A stretch of 63,932 nucleotides of DNA, filler included, from Choristocarpus tenellus KU-1152 (Eukaryota > Protista > Phaeophyceae), in assembly GCA_964200185.2 (NCBI GenBank). It is 12 parts of 12 records of this genome, joined end to end, with 100 filler letters (N's around TTAATTAATTAA, not from the genome) between each part and the next. Parts side by side here need not be neighbours in the genome. Positions count along the whole stretch, not along the records: positions 50,330 to 53,853 come from CAXNAD020019463.1; positions 53,954 to 57,932 come from CAXNAD020016822.1; positions 58,033 to 61,084 come from CAXNAD020022660.1; positions 61,185 to 63,932 come from CAXNAD020025073.1; 8 more parts are not named here. One strand, written 5' to 3'. Within the stretch, counting starts at the first letter, position 1; every line of letters starts with the position of its first letter. Under the pieces are notes generated by a model, which saw only the letters and a list, made by a program, of their open reading frames with translations, was not told where the DNA came from and made no database searches. Of the stretch, positions 51,476 through 63,562 are shown piece after piece. The translations under genes were made by a program, and so were the position numbers.

Positions 51476-53684
51476 ACTTAGGGGTCCTTACATGCCAAGA
51501 AAAAATACGCAAGACACGACGGGTCATTGTGTTACGTTTTGTCAGACAGGAACAACACAGGTCAGCACGAGAAAAAAAATCTCGCAGGTCCAAATGGGAC
51601 ATGAAGAACACGTGATGGCAGATGCTGCAGCCGATACACGTCCTGCTTGTCGCAATTAATTGGTGGTTGCAAATCATATAGTATCAATACCCCTAAGTTG
51701 TGTCGTACAACAGAAGGAATTAACTACTGAGTGACACCTCATCCACCGTATTTCGGGATACATTTCCTTCTTCAAACAAATCCAAACGATTTAGCTACCA
51801 TACACACATAATTGTGATGATTGTTCACAATATGAGCCATCAATCGATCCCGGTTTCGACTTTCCGGCCATAGTTATTCCAAAGTTGTGGACAGGGGAAT
51901 TTGGGGTGTGAGGGGTTGTGCAATCAAGAGGACTTGTTTTAAGCTCCCCTCTTAGTGAGATGAGCGTGACAAAGGGTGAGAGACCAAGCCAGAATGTGTA
52001 TTTAGCTACCGGATTCCAAAAACAGAACACGGAAAAACGCAGTTGATCTTGAGAGAAGAGTATGCACTTGAGGGGGTGCGGCAGTCAAAACACTGGACTT
52101 GTCCATGATGAAGCAGAAGAGAAGATTGGGAAAAATGGGACATCCCTTCAACCGTGGGCTGACCCCCATAATCGAAAATGACGTCTAATTAGGGAGGAAG
52201 AGAAAATATGCCAGGATCAGCCAGGTCACTACAGGGCAAGCCTGTGACACAAGCTCATAATTGGATTATTCTCGTGCTGCAAGGTAGCCTGGGGGAGGAA
52301 TACCCTGCAACCTTGTGTACCGCTCATGACAACAGGGTGTGCAAGATGCTGAGGCTGGGCAACCATAAGACGAGGGAAGTGTGAAAAGTTTGACACAAAA
52401 CCGACAAACCTCCTGAAGGCGCAGTGAGATATGTGTGGGGGGCTGCCCCTCAGGTGGCGATAATTGGTGGCACCTGACTGATTAACAGTAGAAACAAGTG
52501 TATGCCTTCACCGAGGGGTAAAATTAAATTCCCCAACAAGGAGAGTGAGAGTGACGTTGGTATGAGATCCGTGAGGCAGGTCCACTATTCTGTTCGAGTG
52601 AGGATGTGGGCCAAGCACTGAGGGTGTGAAGGTGTTAAGGAAGCAGATGTTTCCAGGACTTGCGTATATAATTGTTGACCATCCTTGTTAAGCTGGAGAG
52701 AAGGGATAGGGAGGAGCGAGCTCACGAAAATGGGAGGGCAGTCCTTACTTACATTCTATCTGTCTTCCAATCTAAACCAACAACCTGTTCAACATTCATC
52801 ACTAGTCCGTTGTTCATTGAGCACCAATCTCCATCTATCTATTCGTAAGATAGTGTTCCTATTCTGTATAATAGAATCATTCCTATATATTGACACTCAT
52901 CAGTTGAACGTTCTACTACTGTTCTATAGAACTCAATCATATTGTTTCTCTCCGGTAACGGTCTCATACTTCATCCTCTTTCACACAAGAGTTAAGTATA
53001 TTGTTGATAGGCACCAACTCGTCACTACTCAAGTAGTACGACCCCGAAGTTTTGGAGGAGAGAGGGTTGAGATCTTTGCTGTGAAGAGTGAGTGGCGTCT
53101 AATCTGAACCTCCCCATACATGCGGCCTTTCAACTGATTGAGCTCTTCACGAGATGCGCTCCTTTTTATAGGTCTTGAATCAGATAAGGGTGGGATATAT
53201 TTGGGATCCTTGGTACGAGAAGATAGATAGATAAAGGGGGGTTGTAAGGCAGTCAACTGGGCAAACTGCATCGGGCACACGTAGTGACAGATGGCAAAAT
53301 ACAGTCAGAAGGAGGAGATATTGTTGACTGGGACTATTGATAAGCTGGAGAAGATCCCTGAAAAGTTCAGTTTTGAGGTGACTAGAAGTGGTACTGTGGT
53401 CGAGGAGAAAGGTCTCAACTACGAGATACCTTCAAGGCGATGGAGAGTCGAAGAGGGGTAGTCTGAGCGTGCAAGACAATAATTAAATAAACAGAGAAAT
53501 ACGTCAGAACATGAAAATACTCCAAGGGAATGAATGAAGAGGAATCGATTTTTTGACCCCTCAATCTTCAGCAACACTGAATAATTGTCAACATCCGAAT
53601 CATATTGCAGACAATTTGAGCTGTCACTTGATGATCCCCTTTTTCACCCCCAACTCAATCTCTGTCAAATATGATGACTGAAGA

Positions 53685-53853
53685 GGCTCATAGGATCTGG
53701 GGGGGGTGGCGGCTGTCCATTTGGGGCCAATTTTTTCATGTCACGATTTTTGGGTGATTTGATTGCATGCGTCAGATTCATAATGTAAATGCACTTTTCC
53801 TGGTTATGCCCCAAATGGACACCCTGGTGTAGAACCCCCCCCCCCCCCCCCCC
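53685..53853 (+). mobile_element. MITE family B, truncated at poly-C and the contig end
   Basis: GGCTCATAGGATCTGGGGGGGGTGGCGGCTGTCCATTTGGGG ... CCCCAAATGGACACCCTGGTGTAGAACCCC. Confidence 0.88.
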
Positions 53854-53972
53854 NNNNNNNNNNNNNNNNNNNNNNNNNNNNNNNNNNNNNNNNNNNNTTA
53901 ATTAATTAANNNNNNNNNNNNNNNNNNNNNNNNNNNNNNNNNNNNNNNNNNNNGGGAAATAGAGAATTGGGT

Positions 53973-54027
<55 letters not shown>

Positions 54028-54558
54028 GAGAGAGATGTGGGGCGAAGAAGATATTAAGTTGATTGTTCATTTATCCGTGAGCTTTAGACATAGTCCTTTC
54101 AACGCATGTCGAAGCTGAGGCCTTGTGTTGCTTGTTGCATGTTGCAGAGGGTCTTATCAGCAGAAGGGGTCGAATGTCTGTGTGTCTGTGTGTGGTTGTG
54201 TATAAGGCGGCAGTGGTGGGGTTTGAGAGGGAACATGATGGTGGGAGAGGTGGGGCAAGGGGGTACCGTGGTGGTGGTGGGCCAAAGGTTTCTGAAGGTT
54301 TGTTTACTCTGGGCTTTTGCACACTTTCAGTGGGGCTTGGATGGCTCTTGTTGAGTGAAATCAGATGATTCTTGTGTTCGGCAGTTCCTGAGCCTTGGGT
54401 ATATTGTGAAGAGGGGGGGGGAGGGTTGGGGTTAGGGTTAGAAGAGAAAAATATATTTAATTTTGGGAATTTTGGTCGCTTCGCTGAAAATTTTNNNNNN
54501 NNNNGTGTGGGGGGGTCCTTGGGCTTGGGGTTTTTGGGGAGGGGGGGGGGGGGGGGTT

Positions 54559-54580
54559 GGGGTTAGGGTTAGGGTTAGGG
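54559..54580 (+). repeat. Interstitial (TTAGGG)3 telomere-like stub
   Basis: GGGGTTAGGGTTAGGGTTAGGG. Confidence 0.85.
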
Positions 54581-54610
54581 CTATCAGTGGATTTGGTTCG
54601 TTCTTATCAT

Positions 54611-56150
54611 TTATATTGCATTTGAGATGTCAGGGTGCCTTTCCTCGTCAGTTAGATGTGGATAGAGGTGTGGGGGTGGCATCTGATAGTATACTAGAAT
54701 GAAAGAATTTGCTGAGATCAATTGGAATGAGATCCAGTGGTGCTTGGTTCGGTTCAGGATTTGTTGGGTGTTGGAGGTAGGTGAGGGTAGAGCGAGGAGA
54801 TGGAGGTGGGTAAAATATTGCCTTACGTGGGGAGATACACCTTGTATTTTCCCCTCTCCCTCCCCCCCCCTACAATTTCCCCCCTTTTCGAAATTATGGT
54901 ATGTGAGGCATTGTGTTAAGTGTGTTGGGCACGGGGTGAACTGGGAGGGGGGGAGAAGGAAGAGAAGGTTGAAGGAACGCCTTCCCTTGATAAAAGCCTG
55001 TTGATTTGATTTGATTTTTGAATAATGGTTTACCTCGACTTTTTTTGAAAAGCAAATAGGGCAGGGTGCAGGACAAAATAAAGGCCGATGGAAAAAAGTA
55101 GTAGTGCACACATTTATCTTTTATTTTTGTTTTCATAAGGTTAACTGGCAGGTCTCTGGGGGGTTGGGGCTTGGGTTTTGTTTGAGGGAGAGAGGGAGAG
55201 GGGGGCGTTTGAGATATCTTGTGTGTGTTTGTCCAAGGAGTGCTGATATCAGATGAATGTCTGAGGGGGAGTTGGGATGCAGATTTTGAGGTCAGCGTGA
55301 TAATGTTAGGGAGGGGCCACTGGCAGGTTATTCTCATGAAGAAAAGGCTTTTATTATTTTTTGTCCCCAAAGGTATGGATTCAAGGAAACTGTGGCGTGG
55401 GGGATGGGGTGGGACATGAATGAGCTGGACAATGTGGTTAGGCTCTTTCATATAAAAGATAATAATGCTATACAGTAGTAGATGTCGTCATGCCTCAATT
55501 GTAGCTGTGATAGATGTGGAGGGGTGTGAGTGTGTGGGCGTGGGAGACAATGGTGAGCTCAGCTGCTGGTGATGGAGCCTCCCCCCACATTATTGTTGGG
55601 ACTGTCAGGGGGTCTGATCTCGTGCATGTTTGCAGATGCGGTTTTGTAAAGGGCTGTCATGTGGGGGTATGAAGAGAGGGAAGTAGATGGGTGAGGTGTA
55701 GAAGGCAGAAGGTGATGGAACTGGCATGGAAGTGGTGTGAGGGGATTATATTTTGTTGGTGCCCAGCAAGCGGTGGCACATAGAGAGGTATTGATAGCTG
55801 TAGGTAGGGTTGTCAGCAGGATCCTTGATTAGCAAACAACTTGGATGGGATGGTTTGGTGAGGACAGGTAGGGAGGGTCTGTCCTACTGTCCTGGGATCA
55901 TGTGTGTGTTAGTAAGAAGGGGAAGAATACAATGTGTTGCCGTTATAAGTAATACAGTTGCTTCAAGGATACAACCAGGAGGATAGTTGCTACCAATACT
56001 ACTGTATGTGTGTGTGTTTGACAGATAAGGGTGTATGCCAATAATCAAAAAAAGGTTATGTCTGGTGTTGGCTGTGTGCTTGTGAAGGTACTCTAGTTAT
56101 AGGTACATCTTCCTATGCACATATGATAGATGGGTATAGAGAGAGCTCTA
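54611..56150 (-). mobile_element. PLE RT relic 3
   Basis: Ordered degenerate motifs: VLLITA..LTN (A), TYLQLS..ATAC.APTKYN (B), ALYK (pre-C), YMKEPNH..HVPPHPPRHSFLESIPLG..RIT (thumb, cf. Y.KP.N..H.HP.H...SIP.G..R), linker QQILNRTKHHW; stop at 54611. Confidence 0.55.
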
Positions 56151-56721
56151 GTGCATCCAAGCTCTATGCAACTGGTGCAAGTATGACATGTATGACAAGA
56201 GCTGTGTGTATCCATCAGGCAGCCATACTATGGTTTTATACTGGAAATAGATGGTAAAGTATTGTCTTATCTCCTGTGTTGTTGCAGGCACCATGCATGC
56301 TCTGTATACTTACGTCTCAACGCCTTCAATGGTGTAGGTTTGGTCTGAGCATTTTTTGAGAAAAAAGAAGTGCCCCCCATCAATATATAATCATTTATTA
56401 GCACGTTGCACTATTGAGGTGCAAAACAGATTTTAATATATATATATATATATTGCAGACTTAACTGTTACGCCATACATGTGATTTATTACTCAAAAAT
56501 TCTTGAAGAGGGCATTTCACTCTCTGCATACTCAGCTTACGATGTCAGACTTGTGTGATTTTTCGCTCTAAAATTCTTTGAGAGGGTAGTTCATCCTCTG
56601 CAATGGAACAAAACAGGTCGTCTCTGTTGAGAGGAGTTTTGTGTTCCTGGAAATCAGACTGGTCAAATAAAGCTCGTAGTGGCAGAACATCATGCATAGG
56701 TACATCCCTCATGCTGCATTT

Positions 56722-56978
56722 AAGCCAAAGTATCTTAGAGGGTAGAGCCACGTCCATTTGGGGGGTAAAATCCAATGTTGCAATTTCGATGTAATTTTGG
56801 CTATCGTGTTTGTTAGGAAGTGTCAATATCCTCGTTCCGGACACACCTTTTCATAACGTATGCATTTTACCTACTCCGAAATTATTTGGAGTGGGAAAAT
56901 GTCAAAACAAAACGAGGGAAGCCAAGCCCCAAATGGACAAACAGGGCAAAACTCGTACCCTCTAAGATACTTTCACTC
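56722..56978 (+). mobile_element. MITE family A, full length, TSD ATTT
   Basis: ATTT at 56718-56721 and 56979-56982; terminal G changed to A. Confidence 0.95.
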
Positions 56979-57775
56979 ATTTGGAGGACCTCATGGACAG
57001 GTATGTATGTGCTTGTCTGCCAGCATTAAAAAAAAGTATATTGTCTATTCAGTCCAGTGCACTGCCTCTCTCTACCTGAGATGTGGTTGTGTTCATGATT
57101 ACTATTGGAACAAGGGTGAAACGGGAAGCACACCAGCATACTACATATTATCCTCCTTTTTGTGCGATGTGCATGCATTGTGGGTACTGTGAGAGTCATC
57201 TTCCAATTAAGGTATGATCTAGGGGGTGCGTCAGGGGGGGGTTCTCTACATCCAGCTAATCTGGGGTTATTAACAGGCAGTCTGTGGTACTTGGATGGTC
57301 GGGTTGTTGGTGTCATTGATGCTTGCCACTCTCCTAGGGCTGACAGGGGTGTATTGTTATCATGAGATCGGGATGTCACAGATTGAACAAAAGGTATCTA
57401 TGGTGAGTTTGGAGCTGGTCGAAAGCTTTCCCCTTCTCTAAATGACAGTACACTCTTGTTCTACCTACAGAATGCTGTTCCTAGAAAAGGTAACCTATCT
57501 CAAAGAATCTGATATTCGTATGACATTTGTTTTTGACATGTTGAAGGTAACATCTGCTTGAAGTAAATACCGGGTGGTTTGAGAGGACCTTGCAAAACCC
57601 CCCTCATTCACTTTACCACATGATCACTCTTTTCCAGAGTGATCTTCTGAGGGATTGCTCTCCCTCTTGCCTTGTTTCTCTCCTTTTTCCTTGCCACCTG
57701 TGGGTCTTCCTGCTCCCGTTAGGTCTGAAGAACCTGTTGGCTTGTTCCCACCTGTTTCACGGCAGTACTTATTTT

Positions 57776-57928
57776 CATTTGTGAAAAAAGGATGCTTTTC
57801 TTCACTACTAACAGCCGATTTCAAAAATTGAGGATGGAGCTTTTCATTGAGGATGGGCTTGACCCAAAATTGACTGGGATAAAAAAACAACATATCGACT
57901 ACTTTATCCCAGTCAATTTTGGGTCAAG
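57776..57928. repeat. Repeat family C arm plus a perfect 26-bp hairpin at contig end
   Basis: CTTGACCCAAAATTGACTGGGATAAA (57858-57883) and its reverse complement (57903-57928), with a 19-nt loop containing ATATCGAC. Confidence 0.75.
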
Positions 57929-58882
57929 AGATNNNNNNNNNNNNNNNNNNNNNNNNNNNNNNNNNNNNNNNNNNNNTTAATTAATTAANNNNNNNNNNNN
58001 NNNNNNNNNNNNNNNNNNNNNNNNNNNNNNNNGTGGTGCAGCAACGGCAGGGGCCGTATGGGGGTTAGGGGTCATTGGTGGACGTAAGAAAGGACTGGAG
58101 GGGGAGGAGGAGGGGGGGGAGGGGTATCAGCAGGACAGGAAAGGAAAGGCAACAAGTTCTTACAATAGTCCAGCAGTTACTGATCTCAGCAAGAAAGGTC
58201 TGGAGACAGGGGGGTGGGGGGTGAGGAATGTCAGGACCCATTCTGGTGGATCTGTGGGTGGAAGGAGAGCAGGTAGTGTGGAGAAGGGGGATGTGTCAAG
58301 GCGACAGCATGGGAGTGGTGAGATTTTAATGGAGATTGGTGAATGGAATGGGCGAGGGAGTTGCAAAGGATAGTGCTGCATACATTGTGTCTTGTGTTTT
58401 GAAGGATTCTAACACGTGGGGAGAGTATTATTTGTTCCTCACAGAACAGTCATCACAGAAGAGTCAGTACTAGTCATACGTGATGTCAAGTTGATGTACT
58501 ACTTGGGGAGTGTGATATGCTGTTACTAACAATATTTACATACTACAGAAGAAGAAGTGCTACTTTTTGTAGGGGTGTGTTGGAAGGTGAGAGCTACACT
58601 GAGAGCACAGAGACTTTTTGTGTTCTTCACACCCAACAAGCACCTATACATAATATGCCTATATATATAATATACCTACAAGTAATATGCCTACATATAA
58701 TAGGGAGGCAAAGTTACTGACTTGTGAAGAAACACTGCATACACATTATTTTGTGAAATGGCTCGATGTTGTGTGTGTGTTTATGTCAGTCCTGTAGTCC
58801 TCCCTATCAAGAATCTTGTTCATGTTCCTGCCCCTCTTGGTCCCTTGATCCCCTCCGTTTCCTTCTTTGCCGTATATTGCAG

Positions 58883-60632
58883 ATTTATCTCAAAAGAAAA
58901 CTCCAGGAATTTTCTTGCAACGCCAAGAATTCATTGTGCATGGAACTGGGCTGACCTCTGAGGAGGAGGTAAGGGCCTCGCAGTTGATATCCAGGTGAGA
59001 AAACACCCCAGGAAATGGATGTACAGTTGTTTGTGGTCTTAGTAGGCTACATTCCTTGTTTTTCCTTGTTTTTTTAGTAGGTACTGTATTGATACTGCCT
59101 TATGTATTGCTCTGTCCCTCTTGGATTGAGTTTCAGTTATGGGTTTAACTTAGTTTAGTGTTGTTGGAGGTGTTACTCCTTCTTAGCTGTTCACCACCCT
59201 GTTGGTATGACACGAGGACAGGAGTGAGCACTATCACCTTGTACAAGCCAAGGAAAGCCGAATTGCCTACGGCTGCTACCGCTGCAAGCGATGTAGTGGC
59301 CTGTGACCCCCTCCTCTGCAGTGCCAAAGCTCTTTCCCCCTCTTACTGATATCTGCTTGTATAGATGCTTGTCAGATGAGTCGCTATTGCGTGCCGAGTA
59401 CTCTTTTATCTGCACTCTATGCTACAGGGCACAGTCAGGCTTTGTTTAACTTACTGTGTAGTGCAGCCCAAGCCCCAATGCCCCACTACCAGCCTGGTAT
59501 TTGTTTCATCCAAATCTGACACCAAGGTCAAAACTAATGACTGACACTGAGGACCGCTCTAACCCCCATTCCTGCTTGCCTTACACCTATCTCATACTCT
59601 TTTCTACTTATGCCATAGTCTTTTTGTTACCCCCAACATTGCTTCTTCATCGTCCAGTTCCCCTCTCCCCAAACTGGTCCACTTCACCCTCTCTGATGTC
59701 ACCTGCCATTGACCACATCCAGGTATGGGGGGCACTGTATCAGCTCCAAAGACACCACAGGGCTCTCTGCCCTCACCAAATCCCCCTTTCTTTCAGTGCC
59801 TAAAGCTGTGTCTTCCACTTGCAGTGCCCTCAACAGCCCCGAAAAGGGGGAGAGTGGCCTCTCTTCTTATTCCAATGCCCCCCTGGCATATGGAAACGGG
59901 GTGGGGAGTGAGAGATGCTTCATTGTCACCACACATGGGAAGGAGCCTTGGTGTTCCTTGAATCTATCAGGGGGGATGGAAGGAGTGGGTCTGGACTCAA
60001 AAGAAGGGCTGGTGGGGCATCTTGAAGTCGAGAAGGCACCCATGGGACACTCCGGGAATGTTGAATGTGCTGTGGGGGGGGATAGGGATGGGAGGGGGGC
60101 AATGTCAGGGCAAGAGAATCAAGATAAAGTGTCAACTACTGTGTTTGGGGCAGGGAAAGGAACACCAACTTTGAACAAAAATATTTCCTTGCCGAGTGGC
60201 AAGAGGTTGTCAGTGACAAGAAGTTTGAATAATGGGAAAGAGGTTCAGGGTGAAACAAGGAAAAGAGGTTTAGAAGTTGTGACTCTGCTCTGGCTCAAGG
60301 CATGCTGCAGGATTGGATGTTGGCTCCCGCCAGAAGATTGTGAGCAAGTTTTTCGTCCCCAATCATGGGCAATTGTGAAGCCACCCCCAAAGCCATTGTC
60401 AATGCTCTTAGAGAAGGATGTGGCAGCCAGTGCTGAACTAGGGTCCCAATCAGGCACAAATGCAGACACTAGAGTAAAGGCACACCGGGGGGGAAGAGGA
60501 GGTATAGTTGTTTCTTTAACAGGGTTCCAGAAGAGTCAGAGAGTCGGAGTGGAGCTATTGCTTGAAGCTGTGGGAATGGAGTTGTGCAAGAACCTGAGTA
60601 AACGCTCTACCACACACCTCGTCTGTAAAGAG
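58883..60632 (+). CDS. Multi-BRCT protein (TOPBP1/Rad4-like), internal exons 58883-58994 and 59723-60632
   Basis: A phase-2 join gives GIFLQRQEFIVHGTGLTSEEEVRASQLISR-YGG ... VVTLLWLKACC..LPP..FRP (BRCT), then IVVSLTGFQKSQRVGVELLLEAVG..KNLSKRSTTHLVCKE (next BRCT). Confidence 0.8.
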
Positions 60633-60955
60633 GTCAGTTATGTCAGTTGACATTTCACAGGAGAGGGAGGCTTAGAATTGGGGGGTTGGTGAGGGAGAGG
60701 AGTGGATCTATTTGTATTGTTATAAGAGAGCTTTGATCATGCCACCCGATTGTGTCCTGTGTCAAAAACAACAGCAAAATGCTGGGCATGATGTATCTTT
60801 GCCATCTCCACAACTTGCATGACCCTAGAACCTGATCACAACTTTCAATGCACTCGCAAGCTATCTGGTCCCCCACTGCCTTGCATCTACATAGTGGCAC
60901 CTTCCCGACACACCCATTGTCCCTCCTGGGTGTACAAGACCCCCTGAAGATGATC

Positions 60956-61084
60956 GGGTCAAAGTATCTGGGGGGGTGGCGGCTGTCCATTTGGTGCCAA
61001 TTTTTTCATGTCGCGATTTTTGGGTAATGAAAGTGCACTTTTCCTGGTTTTCGTCGAAATGGACAACCTGGTGTAGACCCCCCC
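60956..61084 (+). mobile_element. MITE family B, internally deleted, truncated at contig end
   Basis: GGGTCAAAGTATCTGGGGGGGTGGCGGCTGTCCATTTGG ... GAAATGGACAACCTGGTGTAGACCCC. Confidence 0.88.
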
Positions 61085-61910
61085 NNNNNNNNNNNNNNNN
61101 NNNNNNNNNNNNNNNNNNNNNNNNNNNNTTAATTAATTAANNNNNNNNNNNNNNNNNNNNNNNNNNNNNNNNNNNNNNNNNNNNTGAGGAGAAGTAGAGG
61201 AAGGGTGGGCAGAAGGGGGGGGAGGGGGGGTGAGGGGGGAGGAGGGGTGGGCCGTGAGGGCAAGGAATACTTCTATGAGAACCAGAGATATGGACAATCA
61301 CACCTTATTTTGTGTATTATTTATTTTAGCCATGGGCAAGAGAGTTCTCAAAAGAAATAAAAGCATAATGCAACCCCCGCTCCTCAAACAAACCAAAAAG
61401 GTGTAAACAGACAGTAGTGTAGATAGAGCATAGCAAGGGTGATGCCAATATTGTTTTTTTTTTAAATAAATAACACTTACGTAGGTCTACGTGGAAATAT
61501 ATACATACACTGGGGGATAGGGTTGCGGGGTGCTCCAGGGCAAAGTTTGTAACACTTTTAATCAAATAAAAAGGGACAAAATAAGCCATCGCTCTCATTG
61601 GCCGAGACTAAACATGTAAAAGTTGCTCTTCATCGTCATCCCTCGTATAAAAATAATCAACACCCCCTCCATGTCAGATTCTCTTACCACAAAAAATACT
61701 ACATGTTGAGTTACAATAAAATACTTGTGATCTGATATTTTTTTGTCGCCCACATACACACCACCATCTCACTAGAAACTCCCTCCTCCAAAACCAGTGC
61801 CAAAAAAAAAAGAGTAAAAAAATTGCATTGAGGAGGAGATGATGTCACAAAGATTGATCACAATTAAGAATGCAGCCAATCCGCAGAATAGAAAAAAACA
61901 TTCGATTAGA

Positions 61911-61941
61911 TAACCCTAACACTAACCCTAACCCTAACCCT
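61911..61941 (-). repeat. Interstitial telomere-like stub, about five CCCTAA units
   Basis: TAACCCTAACACTAACCCTAACCCTAACCCT. Confidence 0.85.
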
Positions 61942-62100
61942 GAGTTACACTCCAGGGGGAGCGACGATATCAACATTCAAGAGGTTGGGGAGCTTTCTAT
62001 GTGTGAATCCATTACAACATCTCGATGTGCTCTACATAAATATAAATATAAATTATTTGCACAGGCCCAACAAACAAGCATTGCTGTATACAAGGGAATA

Positions 62101-62371
62101 CACACCATACTACCACTACTACTGTTACTATTACTACTACTACTACTACCACCATTATCACTACCTCTACTACTACTACTACTACTACTACCATCACCAC
62201 TACCACTACCACCACCACCATCACCACCACCACTACTACTACTACTACTACCTCTACCACCCCTCCTCCTACCAACACCACCACCACCACTACTATTACT
62301 ACTACCACTACTACTATTACCACTATCACTATCACTACCTCTACCACTCCTACTACTACTACTACTACTAT
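62101..62371. repeat. (TAC/CAC/TAT)n trinucleotide microsatellite
   Basis: Degenerate trinucleotide array; source of the poly-Y/H, L/P and V ORFs. Confidence 0.93.
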
Positions 62372-63562
62372 TAGTGTGGAGTGGAGCATATTAAATGTAG
62401 CGAGGACCTAAATTTTTGGATGAGATGGACCAACACCTCTGATTTTCATGAGTGCTTTCTAGACGCACGATTGTAGGTAACTCTTCAAATAAAATACTGT
62501 TGGCTGACTGGGAACTAACTCTATTGTGTTATCACACTCCACACCACACAACTGCAACCTCCTGTTTGACCTCTTCAAATGTCCACGATACAACAATTTG
62601 AAAATGGAAACGCCTTTTCTTTTCTGATTTATTTCTTAAAAAAAAAACAGAGATAGAAGGGAATGGGGGGCGGGGTGAGGTGGTAGAGGGAAAAATGAAC
62701 TATCAGTAATAGAGATAAATTAACTACCAATAATCACCGCCTTTGCACCTAGCGATAGTTGTAATCATCAGTTTCATTGCCAACTTGCAGATACGACTAT
62801 CAGAACAACCACTGCTCCTCCTATCCCTAACCCTAACCCCCACCCTCCCCAGGAAACAAGAAACACGAAAAAAAGAGAATGCATGAAACAATTAAGAGCT
62901 GCGATCCGTTTCAAACATCTATCAACAGGTAAAAGAATGAAACTAAAATTTTACTTTTTTTCACATTCTCATCAGTTATTTTTCTGAATTGTTTCTACCT
63001 ATACTTCTCACATAAAGGCCACAAGGGCTTCCGCTCCCCCCCCTCCCCCCGGCAACAACATCAACAGGAGCGTCTGCAGATATCCAAAGTCTGTGTCTTC
63101 TGTAACTAATACATTTTGTGTATTGAAACAATGTTTTGAGAATTAACTGAATCAACAGAAGAAGAGATTTTTTTGTACTGATGTTGCACTTCATTGAGAA
63201 TCACACACAAAAAATTTGCGCAGACACATGAGAAAATACTCATCCAAATCAAAAGGTTTCCATTGCAGTAGTAAAATACAAATCAAGAACAAAAAAGAAA
63301 GTTTGCATCAAATAAATAAAAACATGAACACACGACTCAAAACACACACACTTTCTACTCTCCGTTCCTGTTGCTAATCTGACATACATCGACCAACATC
63401 ACACAAATCAAACCATTTCCCCTTCCAACCAATCAAATCAACCAATCAAATCAACCAACCAAATCGACCAACCAACCAACCAACCAATCAAAGCCGATAC
63501 CGGAGACAATCAGTCAGAGAGACAAGCAGCAGCCTCACAGGCAAGGGTACTACCCCACTCAC

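Noticed and set aside
1642-56978. MITE-A repeats as a CRISPR-like array or as introner elements
   Set aside because: Copies are dispersed with TIRs and TSDs, there are no spacers or cas genes, and they do not coincide with intron boundaries.
56600-57006. MITE-A insertion into a coding exon
   Set aside because: An open frame and donor appear after removing the element, but no recognisable protein results.
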